Shown here: piece by piece, positions 33,826-46,172 of the stretch
How positions within the stretch are numbered: the stretch's first letter is position 1
Layout of the letters: each line of letters begins with the position of its first letter
DNA from: Neoechinorhynchus agilis
Taxonomy: Eukaryota; Animalia; Acanthocephala
DNA length: 64,000 nt
Direction of reading: 5' to 3'
NCBI GenBank assembly: GCA_051530055.1
Contig: CM121342.1
Span: 3,285,489 to 3,349,488 of the forward strand
Made by a program: the position numbers and the translations under genes
Notes under the pieces: generated by a model
Seen by the model: only the letters and a program-made list of their open reading frames with translations
Told to the model about the DNA's origin: nothing
Databases searched by the model: none

Positions 33826-34421
33826 AGATAGCAGATAATTAATTACACCAAAGTAAAACATCTTAGTTGGCAAATCGAGTGGTCTGCAAATTATGGAATC
33901 AAGCGGCGTGTTGATTTTATAAGCGTGATTTACCAAGTTCATAATTTGAGTATTGAGAAGAAATAACTAAAGGAACTCAATGAATCCGCCCACTTTAACA
34001 TCCTTGGAAAACCGAATTGGAAAAATACACAAAAAAAGAGTTAATTCGCTTAAATCTGTAAACTGAATCTCCTATAAATATGCCATTTTAAAGTCTTTTG
34101 CAAAGAGAGCTCTTCAACAAAGGTAATATCCTTTTTTGAAGTTATTCGGCAAACCTTGATAATGTCGGAATTATCGGACGAAATATCAGCAATAAATCAG
34201 TCAATTTAAATCCGGGCGCTAAATTTTTCAATTGAAAAAAAGGTTTTATTCGGTCGATTACGATTGCCATAACTTTAAAACTTTCTTGTCTTATTCTCTT
34301 AAGACAAAAATATCCGTTACGTATTTACCTAGGAAGTTTCGTTTTCGGGTAAAAGAAAAAGGCCAACATACGAGTATTTTTTTTCATCCACACGATCCAA
34401 CGTCGTAAACGCTTACAAACA

Positions 34422-34500
34422 GTGAGTATTGGCGAAAAGCCAAAGCCCAGTGATGACCGAAGGTGCGATTGCATCTCAGAGGGCACATAAAAAATGAAAG
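34422..34500 (+). ncRNA. Candidate kink-turn structured RNA, family Y copy 2
   Basis: Same motif as 14415-14494 (core 34445-34484). Confidence 0.45.
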
Positions 34501-35404
34501 ATAATCAACGGAGGGGTTTTAGCGAGGGTGAAGATTGTTCAATATCCGTCGAATTGCATTCAATGATAATTTTCTGAAAAGCGTTCACGTTCATTTTAAA
34601 AAGATTTGCCTTAAAAATAAACCGTTGATGTGCAATCAGTTAATTTTTAAATAAGGAAAAGAATTTGTTATCAATCTCGGTCGGTCCTGAAACCGAGATG
34701 GTCAGAGTCGAATATTCCGACAGATTCAATCGATGATTTTATCAATTCAAGTATAAAAAACCTCAAAAGCGACCGACGGAATTGAGATAATCGGAGGTGA
34801 ACATTGTCTCTTTCGACTGAGAAAAAGATTAATAATCTAACCGATGGATACGACTAAAGAATTTAGATGAAAAAGTTTTTAAAAACTTTCACATCTCCGC
34901 TTCGGTATTTTTTTGTAGTGGTCGAAAGGACGAATTCAGCGTTTCTCTGAGATCAGTTTTTTGCGTATAACATTAATCCGCAATCGTGGAATACGCAACG
35001 CAAACAATTACGTCACTTCGAAAGCATCCATAGGCGAGGGAGGGGCGATAATCTCGTTTTTGTGTTCGAGATTTCATCTGTGACATAGAAATTTGCTTGT
35101 TTTCGCTTAATAGTCCACAAGTTCGATGCCAAGAAAAGTTTACGCTTTAAATCAGCGTTTTTCGTTTTCTTTTCATGATATTAAATTATCGTTGATATAG
35201 AAGACGATGCTCAATTGATTCATTTAGTCAAAGATGAGCTTATTAATGGATTTACGGGAAAAACGATATTTACAAACTTTCATCGAAAGATAGGCGATCG
35301 TTTTAAAGAAACGTCTTAAATTTTCGGCTGAATCAACGAGATGCAGATTTCTCAAGATAATTCTCCATCGCCTTCACAGATACCAAATATTCGTCAAAGG
35401 TTTT

Positions 35405-36810
35405 CTCCACCCACGCCCGACGCTGCTGACGCACGCGGATCACGAGAGGACCGACGCTGCAAATTCACAAAATCAACTTTGGTCCGAATAACCTGTAGAG
35501 ATCAAGCGGCAGACGGAAATTTCACTTACTCTGGGCGCTGAGGCCAATGCTGCCCGACATCCGAAGGTCTCAGCATATAATTGTCCGATCTGTGACAAGC
35601 AGATCAAAATTACCAAATTGGGAGAATTTTGGACTCACGGCCCAAGGGATTACCGACGTGTTAGTTCCGGCCTTCTGCTAGCAAACACTGTTCCTCAGCT
35701 CAATGAACCTCGTCAGAACATCAACCCTTCGTTGCTGGAGATCGTGCCCTGCCCAGAAACATCCTGAAAATTATCCCGAAGGGCGCTCGATTCAGCTGAG
35801 TGAATGTCTCGAGACAAATATCGAAATATCTTGGACAAGCCTTTTCGCGTTCCCGAGACTGGTGCTCTGGAGTACCACCTGACGTGTCCCTTGTTACCCT
35901 CATCCAAAACCGGGTGTCCTCCTTCGATAATTCGTTTGTAGAGGTCCTACGCAAAGCTCACGTTTTTAGGGGAGATTTTTCAAAGCCACCGAATCCGAGC
36001 CGAGTTTCAACCCGTTCAATGACCTCGCCGATGGTGATGTGAGAGGCGTGGTTCACATTCTATCATCCACCAACGAATTTGCAAGAGATGATACGAAAAC
36101 TCACCAACTTCTCAGAGAGAAACATCCTCGACCCACTGGTCATCTAGGATATTCGGAGATGATCCAATCGTGCACCCCGTTAGAATTTTCGGTTGATGTT
36201 GTTAAGAAAGCCGTTTCTTCGTTCTCAAATGAGTCAACCGATGGGCTCGACCGGCTTCGGCTCAGCACCTAAAGGACATGATGTCCTTCTCCGTAGATGA
36301 TCCATCCCATGTTCTCCTGAACGCCTTGACTCGGTTAGTCGGCGTTTTCTCTGGAGACAACCTGTCCCCCAAAGTGATCGAATTGTTTTTATGTGCTTCC
36401 TTCCGCGCTTTAGAAAAGAAGGACGGTGGGATTCGCCCAATCGCGATTGGCTCTACATTGAGACAACTAGCAGGGAAAGTTATTTCTCGGCGAGTATCAG
36501 AAGGTCTTGCTAAAATTCTTTGTCCAGTTCAACTAGGCTGCTGCACTCCTTGGTGGCGCGGAAGCCATAGTCCACGCAACTCCGTACATTTGTTATTGAG
36601 AACGCCAAACCGTGTTTGATCCTGAAAGTAGATTTCCGGAACGCCTTCAATTCCGTTAATCGCAACTCGCTCTTAAAAGCTGTCAGAGATCACGCACCGA
36701 AGGCTTACGGGTATTTTAGAAATTCGTACTGAGCTGCGACCCCTCTTGTATTCAACGATCACATCATTCCTTCCGAAAGAGGCGTTCAACCGGGAGACCC
36801 ATTAGATCCC
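35405..36810 (+). mobile_element. CRE-like family A, degenerate 5'/RT part
   Basis: CPICDKQ, LLREKHP, GGIRPIAIG, FRNAFNSVNR, GVQPGDP; fused to RTE2 at ~36810. Confidence 0.85.
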
Positions 36811-37850
36811 ATTGGTATAGAAATGAGAAGGGTAAAACAAGATTAGGAAAGAGTTCGATATCGAACTAGAGAATCAACTGAGCTCGATGCCAGCTGCTGA
36901 AATAGATATTGATTTTTATTACAAGTCAATCTGCGACGCAGTGACCGAAGCGGCCGAGAAAACCCTACCGAAAATGAGGCGTATAAAAGCTGCAAAGGTT
37001 ATATGGCAGGAGGACTGCGAATTTATGCCAATGGCTGAGCAGATCAAGACCCTGAGAAAACGAGGAAAACGATCTGATGCTCGCACAGCAAGTCTTGAAC
37101 TTGCCAACCTCTATAATGAAAAGCAAAAGGCTTCGATAGAGGATGCAGTTCGCGGGATCGCATATAAGGAAGGTTTTGTTGGTACCTCCTTAGCATGGCG
37201 AGCGATAAACATTCTCACAGGGAAGGTCCTTCCCTGGAAATCAGAAAAAAGAGAATCGCAAATTATTTTGCGGAAATTCTCAATTCGCCATTATCGTCCT
37301 AAAGGCACAATCGTCCCAAGCACTGAGGCATACTCCACTGGACCGATTTCCGTGAAGGAAGCGATTGCTGCGGCGAAAATGATGCGTGCGGGACGTGCAT
37401 AAGTCCCAGATGGGATGAGGTTTGAATCTATTGCCGCAAAGATCATACCGTTAATGAATGGCATAATGAATGGTGGCTCAGTACCTCAGACCTGGCAAAC
37501 GGTGCATTTAACAATGATCCCCAAGAAATGCTGCTCGACAAAGGTGGAGGACTACAGAGGTATATCCTTGATGTCCAACACGGCAAAACTTTTCAGCAGC
37601 ATTTTGAGACGCCGAATTCAGCAAATCCTCGAACCGTTTCTAAGAATTGACCAGAACGGCTTCAGGAAAGGTCGAGGCACCACAGAGCACATATTGGCTT
37701 TGAGGATGATCCTCGAGGAGGCACGAATTCATCAAACGGATGTGAGGCTTGTATTTGTTGATTTCCGTCGAGCTTTCGATTCGCTAAATCGAACGACGAT
37801 TGACGGTATCTTAAAGGAGTATGGAGTGCCGCGGATCATGCACTAAATTG
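36810..37850 (+). mobile_element. RTE-like family RTE2, linker and RT N-terminal half
   Basis: ORFs 36887-37402 and 37415-37846 (one stop between them): VPQTWQTVHLTMIPKK...DYRGISL...QNGFRKGRGT...FVDFRRAFDSLNR. Confidence 0.85.
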
Positions 37851-38094
37851 TAAATACCTTCAGAATTTGTTGAAGAAACAAAGTCAAATGAAACGTTAAT
37901 GTAATCATTCCGGCGAAAAGCTAAAGCTACAAAACCTTTTGCATGAATGCAAGAATTGGTTTTTCGAAATATTAATTTATTTCCTTCAAGATGTCGATGC
38001 TTCGCGGTCAATTGACATCTTTAATGTCCATTTTCATCCCGAATTGTTGAATTGAGACAAACAAAGACCTTCATCGATGGATACAAAAAAATTT

Positions 38095-38176
38095 CTTTTA
38101 TTTTTTCGGTGCCCTCTGAAGCGTCCGCGCGGACACTGTACTCGTCATTGGGCTTTGGCCTGAGGCCGCAACTTAC
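38095..38176 (-). ncRNA. Candidate kink-turn structured RNA, family X copy 3
   Basis: Core 38111-38153; loop GCGC. Confidence 0.45.
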
Positions 38177-38371
38177 TGTAAATTGTTTCGAGATAGAAGT
38201 GAAAGTTAGAAAGCTGTTTTTCGCAGTGAGAGTTCGTTAGCGAAAATCGATGCTCTTTTGATGTTCTTTGAAAAGTGAGCCTTACCTTAACTCACGGAGA
38301 AAAACTTCTTGCGCTCTTCGCTATCAATGATTTCGTCAATAAACACCTTACCTTGAAAGTTGCGGCGAATC

Positions 38372-40505
38372 CCGATAATGATGTACTCAAGATTATGCAC
38401 CTCGAAAATATCGAATTTAATAAATTCCTTTAAAATTTCCGCCTCAATCATGAACAATTCAAAGTTCAGTTTTAAATTTGTCGAACAAGTTCTTTTGAGA
38501 ATAAAAAGCATCGATAATGATGTACTCAAGATTATGGACCTCGGAAAATATCGAATTTTATAAATTCCCTTAAACTTTCCGCCTCAATCATGAACAATTC
38601 AATGTTCAAATATAAATTTGTCGAACAAGTATTTTTGAGAATAAAAATCATCGATAGAGACGTACTCAAGATTATGCACATCGGAAATATCGAATTTAAT
38701 AAATTCCTTTAAACTTTCCGCCTCAATCATGAATAATTTAATGTTCAAATATAAATTTGTCGATCAAGAATTTTTGAGAATAAAAAGCATCGATAGAGAC
38801 GTACTCAAGATTATGCACCTCGGAAATATCAAATTTAATAAATTCCTTTAAGCTTTCCGCCTCAATCATGAACAATTTAATGTTCAAATATAAATTTGTC
38901 GAGCAAGTTCTTTTGAGAATAAAAAGCATAGGTAAAGATGTACTCAAGATTATCCACCTCGGAAATATCCAATTTAATAAATTCCTTTAAGCTTTCCGCC
39001 TAAATCATGAACAATTCAATGCTGAAATATAAATTTGTCGAGCAAGTTCTTTTGAGAATAAAAAGCATCGGTAAAGATGTACTCAAGATTATGCACCTCG
39101 GAAATATCAAATTTAATAAATTCCTTGAAGCTTTCCGCCTAAATAATGAACAATTCAATGTTCAAATATAAATTTGTCGATCAAGAATTTTTGAGAATAA
39201 AAAGCATCGATAGAGACGTACTCAAGATTATGCACATCGGAAATATCGAATTTAATAAATTCCTTTAAACTTTCCGCCTCAATCATGAACAATTCAATGT
39301 TCAAATATAAATTTGTCGATCAAGAATTTTTGAGAATAAAAAGCATCGATAAAGACGTACTCAAGATTATGCACCTCGGAAATATCGAATTAAATAATTC
39401 CTTTAAACTTTCCGCCTCAATCATGAACAATTTAATGTTCAAATATAAATTTGTCGAACAAGTATTTTTGAGAATAAAAAGCATGGATAAAGATGTACTC
39501 AAGATTATGCACCTCGGAAATATCAAATTTAATAAATTCCTTGAAGCTATCCGCCTCAATCATGAACAATTTAATGTTCAAATATAAATTTGTCGATCAA
39601 GAATTTTTGAGAATAAAAAGCATCGATAGAGACGTACTCAAGATTATGCACATCGGAAATATCGAATTTAATAAATTCCTCTTAGCTTTCCGCCTCAATC
39701 ATGAACAATTTAATGTTCAAATATAAATTTGCCGAACAAGTATTTTTGAGTATAAAAAGCATCGATAAAGATGTACTCAAGATTATGCACCTCGGAAATA
39801 TCAAATTTAATAAATTCCTTTTAGCTTTCCGCCTAAATAATGAACAATTCAATGTTCAAATATAAATTTGTCGAACAAGTATTTTTGAGAATAAAAAGCA
39901 TGGATAAAGATGTACTCAAGATTATGCACCTCGGAAATATCAAATTTAATAAATTCCTTGAAGCTTTCCGCCTAAATAATGAACAATTCAATGTTCAAAT
40001 ATAAATTTGTCGATCAAGAATTTTTGAGAATAAAAAGCATCGATAGAGACGTACTCAAGATTATGCACATCGGAAATATCGAATTTAATAAATTCCTTTA
40101 AACTTTCCGCCTCAATCATGAACAATTCAATGTTCAAATATAAATTTGTCGATCAAGAATTTCTGAGAATAAAAATCATCGATAAAGACGTACTTAAGAT
40201 TGAGCACCTCGAAAATATCGAATTAAATAAATTTCTTTAAACTTTCCGCCTCAATCATGAACAATTCAATGTTCAAATAAATATTTGTCGAACAAGTGTT
40301 TTTGAGAATAAAAAGCATCGATAAAGATGTACTCAAGATAATGCACCTCGGAAATATCGAATTTTATAAATTCCCTTAAACTTTCCGCCTCAATCAAGAA
40401 CAATTCAATGTTCAATTATAAATTTGTCGATCAAGAATTTTTGAGAATAAAAAGCATCGATAAAGATGTACTCAAGATTGTGCACCTCGGAAATATCGAA
40501 TTTTA
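38372..40505. repeat. 139-bp tandem satellite, ~15.3 units, with a partial 6-unit higher-order repeat
   Basis: GTACTCAAG anchor at 38383, 38522, 38662, 38801, 38940, 39079, 39218, 39357, 39495, 39634, 39773, 39912, 40051, 40190, 40329, 40468. Confidence 0.97.
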
Positions 40506-40929
40506 AAAACTCCCTGTTCTTAACAAATCCACCCGTATTTTCAACCGCAATGACGATACGCGTCCTTTTTTTTGTAGTAAAAAGGTCCAATGTTGACATA
40601 GAAAAATTTCTTTCCATGAAGTCTATAGGCTTCAAGAAAATCTCTCCAGCGATTCCTCGTCCACTTCCGATGCATCCGCGATACTGGTTTACAAATACGA
40701 CAGCGTATAAAATATTTTCCTGGCATTAAATAACCTGAAAGCGGGTTATATCCTTTTAAATGTACGAACGGCAGGTTATTTCAAGAATTATTGACATGAT
40801 CACTCGTTCTAGAAATTTCTTCTCGAACATCCGACTGAATCCGCAATCAACATCGACGAACAAGCCTAACAGACTTAGCATTTTAACAATTTCGTAAATT
40901 TTTGCGCCATATACTTTTCGAAAACAGAC

Positions 40930-41480
40930 ATTGCACACGACTTTACTAACATCATCACAAGCGACATCCTTATAGCTTCTCTGCTGGCTCAGAGAGCATT
41001 CCATGACGTCATCAACATTCACTTCGTTCCATAGCTCTGTACTATGCCTTGCCCTTCAAGGAGGATCAGCGAATTCGATCCCATAATACATGTCAAGGTT
41101 TTTACCCCGTCTAAAACATAAACTTTGCATACGTCATAAGACACAGAATTTTCACAATTTCGGATATTTTTCGCCGTTCACTTGAAAAAACCGATATTTT
41201 CGCGACTTTCTCCGATATTTTCGCGACTTTCTTAACATCATCACAAGCGACATCCTTATAGCTTCTCTGCTGGCTCAGAGAGCATTCCATGACGTCATCA
41301 ACATTCACTTCGTTCCATAGCTCTGTACTATGCCTTACCCTTCTTCGAGGCTCTGCCAATTCGGGCCCCTCGTGTAAAACAGGGTTTTTCACCCTGTCCA
41401 ACACTTAACTTTGCTTACGTCATAAGAGTAAGAATTTTCACAATTTCGGATATTTTTCGCCGTTCACTTGTAGAATACCG
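40930..41480. repeat. Two-copy ~290-bp degenerate tandem duplication with a nested 21-bp duplication
   Basis: ~120-bp block (aacatcatcacaagcgac...tatgcctt) at ~40945-41055 and ~41235-41335; ccgatattttcgcgactttct twice at 41191-41232. Confidence 0.85.
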
Positions 41481-41491
41481 ATATTTTCCCG

Positions 41492-41620
41492 CTACACTGC
41501 AAGCATTCAGGCGACAATTGAGGACGAGGACGGCGAATATTTATGTTTATATCTTGTAACAATAAATTGATGAAACTTTATAAAAAAAATCGCAATTCAG
41601 ATTCAATTGAAACGCCAAGG
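41492..41620 (+). mobile_element. 3' tip of CRE-like family A
   Basis: Matches ~16425-16540 (caacactgcaagcattcaggcgacaattgaggacgagg...aataaa). Confidence 0.7.
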
Positions 41621-41993
41621 ATATGCCAATCATCTACTACAAACTTTATAGATCAAGATGAATTCCTTTCAGTTTCCAAAGATTTCTAAAGTTATCAGGC
41701 GTTTTATTATTGAACAAAGAAACGGACAAGCATTTGCACACTCGTAAATATTTATAAATCGTATCAAAGAGTCGTTTTAGAGATTCGTTGCAACTTTTGC
41801 GTTTCTTTAATCAGATGTCGCTGTCCTGAGCAATAACGAGGAACTACCGTTCATCAAAACCGTTTCGGTATAATTAAGAAGGAATCGAAATTTCAGCTCC
41901 GACGTTGAACCGAATTAAGATTCTTTATAAAAACTCAGTCTACTCGGCTTTCAAGCACAATAGAATTAAACTCACTTCAGGTCAATCGTTGAA

Positions 41994-44894
41994 CTAATCG
42001 TAATCGTACAAAAAAGATGGACCCTCTCGGATATTTTCATTTACAACGTATGTACTGTCCTCGGTCTCGTGAGGGACATCCATTTCATTGATCGATGTTA
42101 CATGTTTAAATAGTTCACTAAGTTCGTATTCTTTTGTAAGATCCGAATCCTTTTCATCTTTTAATATCTCCTTACAAATGTGTGAGCAATAATTGAGGCA
42201 ATTCGTTAATGCATAGACCGTAGGATCATTCAAATTTATATCATTAATGTTTACTTTGCACTGAATTTTGCATTGTCGGTCACAGAATCGATTAATCAGC
42301 TTCAAATGCAATCGCGTTTGGCCAGCACTATCTCTTTTCGAAAGCTTCAAAATCGATTGGATTTTAGTGGTAATCAGGTCGCTCATTCTTGATACACTGT
42401 TAAAATTTACTGATTCGGAATTCGCGTTTGGCATTTCAGATGTATTACTCACCGTCGGTTTCGCATCCTTCGATTTAGCAACGACCTTATCGCAGGGCAG
42501 CAGGCTGATATCTTTTTCAAATATATTCACGTTTTGATCATCGGATAATTCATTGACGTCAGAATGAACTTCCTCAGATTCCAGGCTTTCCTTGAACTTG
42601 TTAACAATAGATTCATACTTAACCGTCTTTGTAGAATTTGCTTCAGCTTGATTTAATTTACTACCGATTTGCTCGAGAAAATCAAATTTTTCAGATCGGT
42701 CACTTAATTTTTCGTCTAATGAACTTTTGAGTTCATTTGTGCTTTTTTGATTTGTTACTTTATCTGAAAAAAATGATCCGATGAATTTCTTTATCGTCCT
42801 GGTCCAACTTTTTGAGGAAGATGCTGCTTTTTCTACTTTAATTATCATTTGCTCTCCTTCTCCATTTATTGACGTCTGAATTTCAGGAAATGGCAATTCG
42901 TTCATTATCGAAGGTTCAGATTCGATCTTTGATGTGGTACTGTCTGGCGATTTTGCCGTTTGTTCAAATTCTACATCTCCGGCTCTGTCGTGTATCGCAT
43001 CGATATTGTTGGAGATTTCAGTATCTTCATTATTTCCTGGTACAGTCAAATTCGGTTCATACTTTTTTGCTTCTTTAATTGTAATCATTTCCGTTCTCAA
43101 CCGTTCATCTCGAGCTTTAACCTGTAGACAAATTTCGTTGGCTATTTCAGGATTAAGATTCTCGTTTAGGTCGAAGAGATTTGCTGATGGCAAAGTATAG
43201 ATTTCGGCCAGCACCCTGAGAACGAGAGAACCATCTTTGCTTTCGATTGCACCCGTTTTGCGAGCTTTCAGTTCGAAATCCTTAGAAATGTACGTTTCCT
43301 CAGCTTTGAAAGAAGATGATTTATCGGCCTTTAAGGTAACTGCTTTGTCATTTATTTGCTGTGTTTCTATTATCAAAGATTGTGTCATAACACTTTTGCT
43401 GTCCATGATGGAGGCAGATCCCTTCTCAATTTGTAGATTCGATTCGGTCAATATATTGTTTCTGTGCTGTCGTTCGTAACTTCCAAATTGAACGCATTTT
43501 ATCGAACAAAGTTTGATGCATCGCTGTCGGCATTCATTTAAGCGTTCTAAGCCGTTCGATTTCTCAATCATTCGGATTCCTTGCATTTTCTTGTAGGTTT
43601 TTGGACAAACAAGACGTTTATGAAAATCTGCGCTAATTAGGTTGTATTCGCCATTGTCGTCTGTACCTTTCTTTTCTTTGTTATATCCAGAATTTTCGAA
43701 CCTGTAACTTAGTTCAAACCGAGTTCGTTGTGGGAGTTCAATGCATTCGTTTTTACAGGACGATAAACACTTTCCTGTTCTAAAAGCAACCTTTCCGTGT
43801 TTCGATAGTCGAGAATAGTCGCCAAGGCACGTTTGCCGGCATTTATCAGTGCAAAGCTCAGTTCTCAAGGTCCTTGACTTTTCGATCGAATTTATCTTAT
43901 TATCACTGGTTCGCTTGCAGTTTACTTTTCGCGAATATAATCGATTTGAAGCTGTATTTTCTCTTGAAAGGACGTTGACGTGCTTCTCATTCAGTGGTAT
44001 TTGAAGCGTCGGTAGCTTTCTTGCATTGCAGATAAAATTCAACTCTCTGAGCTTCGTCCATTTACTTTGTAACTCTTCGACTTCGTTGATTTGAACACGG
44101 CACATTCCGTAACATTTGTCATCGAATGGATAACTCAACTCGTTTGTAATATAGAAATTATAGCCTTTTGAAACCTCCGTAAATCCCTTGGTCATGGCCG
44201 TGTTATTCTGTGAAGTGTCTACTGCTACATTTTCGCTAATAATGCTGCTTTCTATAAATACATTTTGGCAAGGGCGAGTTTCATTTCCCAGTTTCCGTAT
44301 AATATCCAGAAAATCATCGATATCAACTTTTCCACCATTTTGTCGTTCATTCATTAATCGAATATCAGCGGTAATTGTTTTCGGCCTTAGCAAGAACGAA
44401 ATGTGGAACTCCTGAAAGTTGACTTGGAAATAGATCGCTACTTCTGTATTCAATCTGCTTAAACTTCTATTCTTAGTCGTTTTCGTTACATAGTCAAAAA
44501 TTAGTTTCGGTCTCCGAAAAACTGTTAGCGCATTTTGATTGGATCGTCGAGATACCCCTTCAAATTTGATTTCGTTAGCGAAATTTAATAAATAAAATAC
44601 AAGACATCGCTTTCGATATTCGTTCAGACATGCGAGAATATAAGATTTACCTTTAGCTTTTAAAACTCTTGTTTTTGATCCATTTTCGAAGCACGAAACT
44701 AGTTCATCATTTGCCGACAGCAAGATGTGGTCGTCAGAACTAATTTTTCCACGATTATTCGTATTTTCAACTTTACAATTTACTATTTTTACGTTATCAA
44801 TATTAATGGGTGTTTCTTTGGTATTTACCATTTTGCTGAAAAGTAAAGTTGTCTTCTTTTTTAGCCGTTTAAAGCATTCAGATTTACCAGCCAA
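41994..44894 (-). CDS. G3: large (>=966 aa) protein of unknown function with three CX3C-rich helical motifs and an acidic low-complexity region
   Basis: 966 open codons. The 5' end is probably spliced (possible intron 44835-44884; candidate signal-peptide exon MAVNNLNIFCYFLFFPVRSSIA starting at 45164 on the minus strand). Duplicated as a pseudogene at 20443-25290. Confidence 0.8.
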   Translation of the reverse strand: MAGKSECFKRLKKKTTLLFSKMVNTKETPINIDNVKIVNCKVENTNNRGKISSDDHILLSANDELVSCFENGSKTRVLKAKGKSYILACLNEYRKRCLVFYLLNFANEIKFEGVSRRSNQNALTVFRRPKLIFDYVTKTTKNRSLSRLNTEVAIYFQVNFQEFHISFLLRPKTITADIRLMNERQNGGKVDIDDFLDIIRKLGNETRPCQNVFIESSIISENVAVDTSQNNTAMTKGFTEVSKGYNFYITNELSYPFDDKCYGMCRVQINEVEELQSKWTKLRELNFICNARKLPTLQIPLNEKHVNVLSRENTASNRLYSRKVNCKRTSDNKINSIEKSRTLRTELCTDKCRQTCLGDYSRLSKHGKVAFRTGKCLSSCKNECIELPQRTRFELSYRFENSGYNKEKKGTDDNGEYNLISADFHKRLVCPKTYKKMQGIRMIEKSNGLERLNECRQRCIKLCSIKCVQFGSYERQHRNNILTESNLQIEKGSASIMDSKSVMTQSLIIETQQINDKAVTLKADKSSSFKAEETYISKDFELKARKTGAIESKDGSLVLRVLAEIYTLPSANLFDLNENLNPEIANEICLQVKARDERLRTEMITIKEAKKYEPNLTVPGNNEDTEISNNIDAIHDRAGDVEFEQTAKSPDSTTSKIESEPSIMNELPFPEIQTSINGEGEQMIIKVEKAASSSKSWTRTIKKFIGSFFSDKVTNQKSTNELKSSLDEKLSDRSEKFDFLEQIGSKLNQAEANSTKTVKYESIVNKFKESLESEEVHSDVNELSDDQNVNIFEKDISLLPCDKVVAKSKDAKPTVSNTSEMPNANSESVNFNSVSRMSDLITTKIQSILKLSKRDSAGQTRLHLKLINRFCDRQCKIQCKVNINDINLNDPTVYALTNCLNYCSHICKEILKDEKDSDLTKEYELSELFKHVTSINEMDVPHETEDSTYVVNENIREGPSFLYDYD

Positions 44895-45813
44895 TCATTT
44901 TCTCCACCATTGCTTGATTCTTGGAATATTGAATAAATCACATTTTTTGTAAAATAATTTACCAACAAAAGGCAAAAGTTCACTTTAATGTGTAAGAGAT
45001 CCAATGAGGAACGACAACTTCTATATCTCGATAGAGGAAAATCTCACGAATAAAGGTTTGGAGTATCCATGTAAGCCACGGTGAATCGTTTCCGTAATAG
45101 CAATGCTCGAACGGACCGGAAAAAAGAGAAAATAGCAGAAAATATTAAGATTATTAACTGCCATTGGCGCTAATATTGTTATCTTTGTTATTGAACAGTC
45201 ATCGTGTTCGAAATAGACTGTAATGTTTGGACTTTTTAAGCCTCATGTTATTTTGGTTTGTCTTCAGAATTTTGTTTGTACATGAAAAATGATGACCACA
45301 ATTTTTATTTTTTGACTTTTGCTAATCGGAATTATTGTTTAGGTCTTCACATGGTAAATGATTTTTTTACGTCCATTGAACTTCGGCGGGTTCATCAACA
45401 GTTAGTTAGTAATATTCGATTTACTAACTTACAAACTGATGATTAACCCGACGAGGTTCGACGAATGTCTTTAGTAAAAACCCGGCACCTTCTCACATAT
45501 CAAAATTATACCAATTACAGCAGCCAATCACATTTCAGGCATTGTTTGGTGTAAAAGCTGTGCCCTGGATTTAATTTTGATCTTCAAGGGTGCTAAATAC
45601 CTTTAACTACTTTGCTGAAATACCAAGAATTATTAAAAAACTAAGCAACTGATTATTTGTTTCAACAAAACGATATGCATAAATTTCGAATAATGAAATG
45701 CTTGTTGATCAGCGATAAATTGACTATAAACAATATTACTTGTTTTGAGACAATGCTTTCCGTTTTGCTTAAATCTCAAAGCTCTAGTGGAAAACACCCT
45801 ACAAAATCCAAGT

Positions 45814-45825
45814 CTATATAAGATC
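45814..45825 (+). promoter_or_regulatory. TATA box of G2 copy 2
   Basis: CTATATAAGATC; TATATAA begins 37 bp upstream of ATG 45852. Confidence 0.7.
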
Positions 45826-45851
45826 CGTATACGCTTACGTTCGATAACGAA

Positions 45852-46172
45852 ATGAAAGTCGCAATCCTTCTACTTTTCGTCGTCTTTCTTTGTTTCTGTG
45901 AAAATATAACTGTCAAATCGAAAAATAAAGATGCAACAGTCGAATCTTCAGGTCAGATTGAGATCGCGGACATGGAGTCGAAGGGCAAATGGTTCAGTGA
46001 AGATGATATCTCAAAGGCGGATCTTGAGTTACTGCAGAAGGACGACAAAATACCAAAAAAGATAGTTAATGGTAAATTCTTTTTCTGGGGAATCGTTCCA
46101 TTCTTTCCATGGGGATTCCTTTATCCGTTTTACTATCCGTGCTTTCGGCCATGGATACCGTGTTGCTTTTAA
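45852..46172 (+). CDS. G2 copy 2, 106-aa secreted peptide precursor
   Basis: Differs from copy 1 at two residues (WGIVP vs WGFVP; RPWIP vs RPFIP) plus three synonymous sites. Confidence 0.85.
   Translation: MKVAILLLFVVFLCFCENITVKSKNKDATVESSGQIEIADMESKGKWFSEDDISKADLELLQKDDKIPKKIVNGKFFFWGIVPFFPWGFLYPFYYPCFRPWIPCCF

Larger units (their letters stand above)
32400..35400. repeat. Segmental duplication (G3 upstream region, G2, K-turn Y, block F), direct copy of ~44880-47640; partial copy ~14220-14815
   Basis: Colinear high-identity match with a few indels. Confidence 0.9.

Noticed and set aside
38372-40505. Satellite as a CRISPR array or as an LRR-like coding repeat (ORFs such as 39285-39587)
   Set aside because: There are no unique spacers. 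The unit is 139 bp, not a multiple of 3, every frame hits stops, and no convincing GT-AG intron restores the frame.
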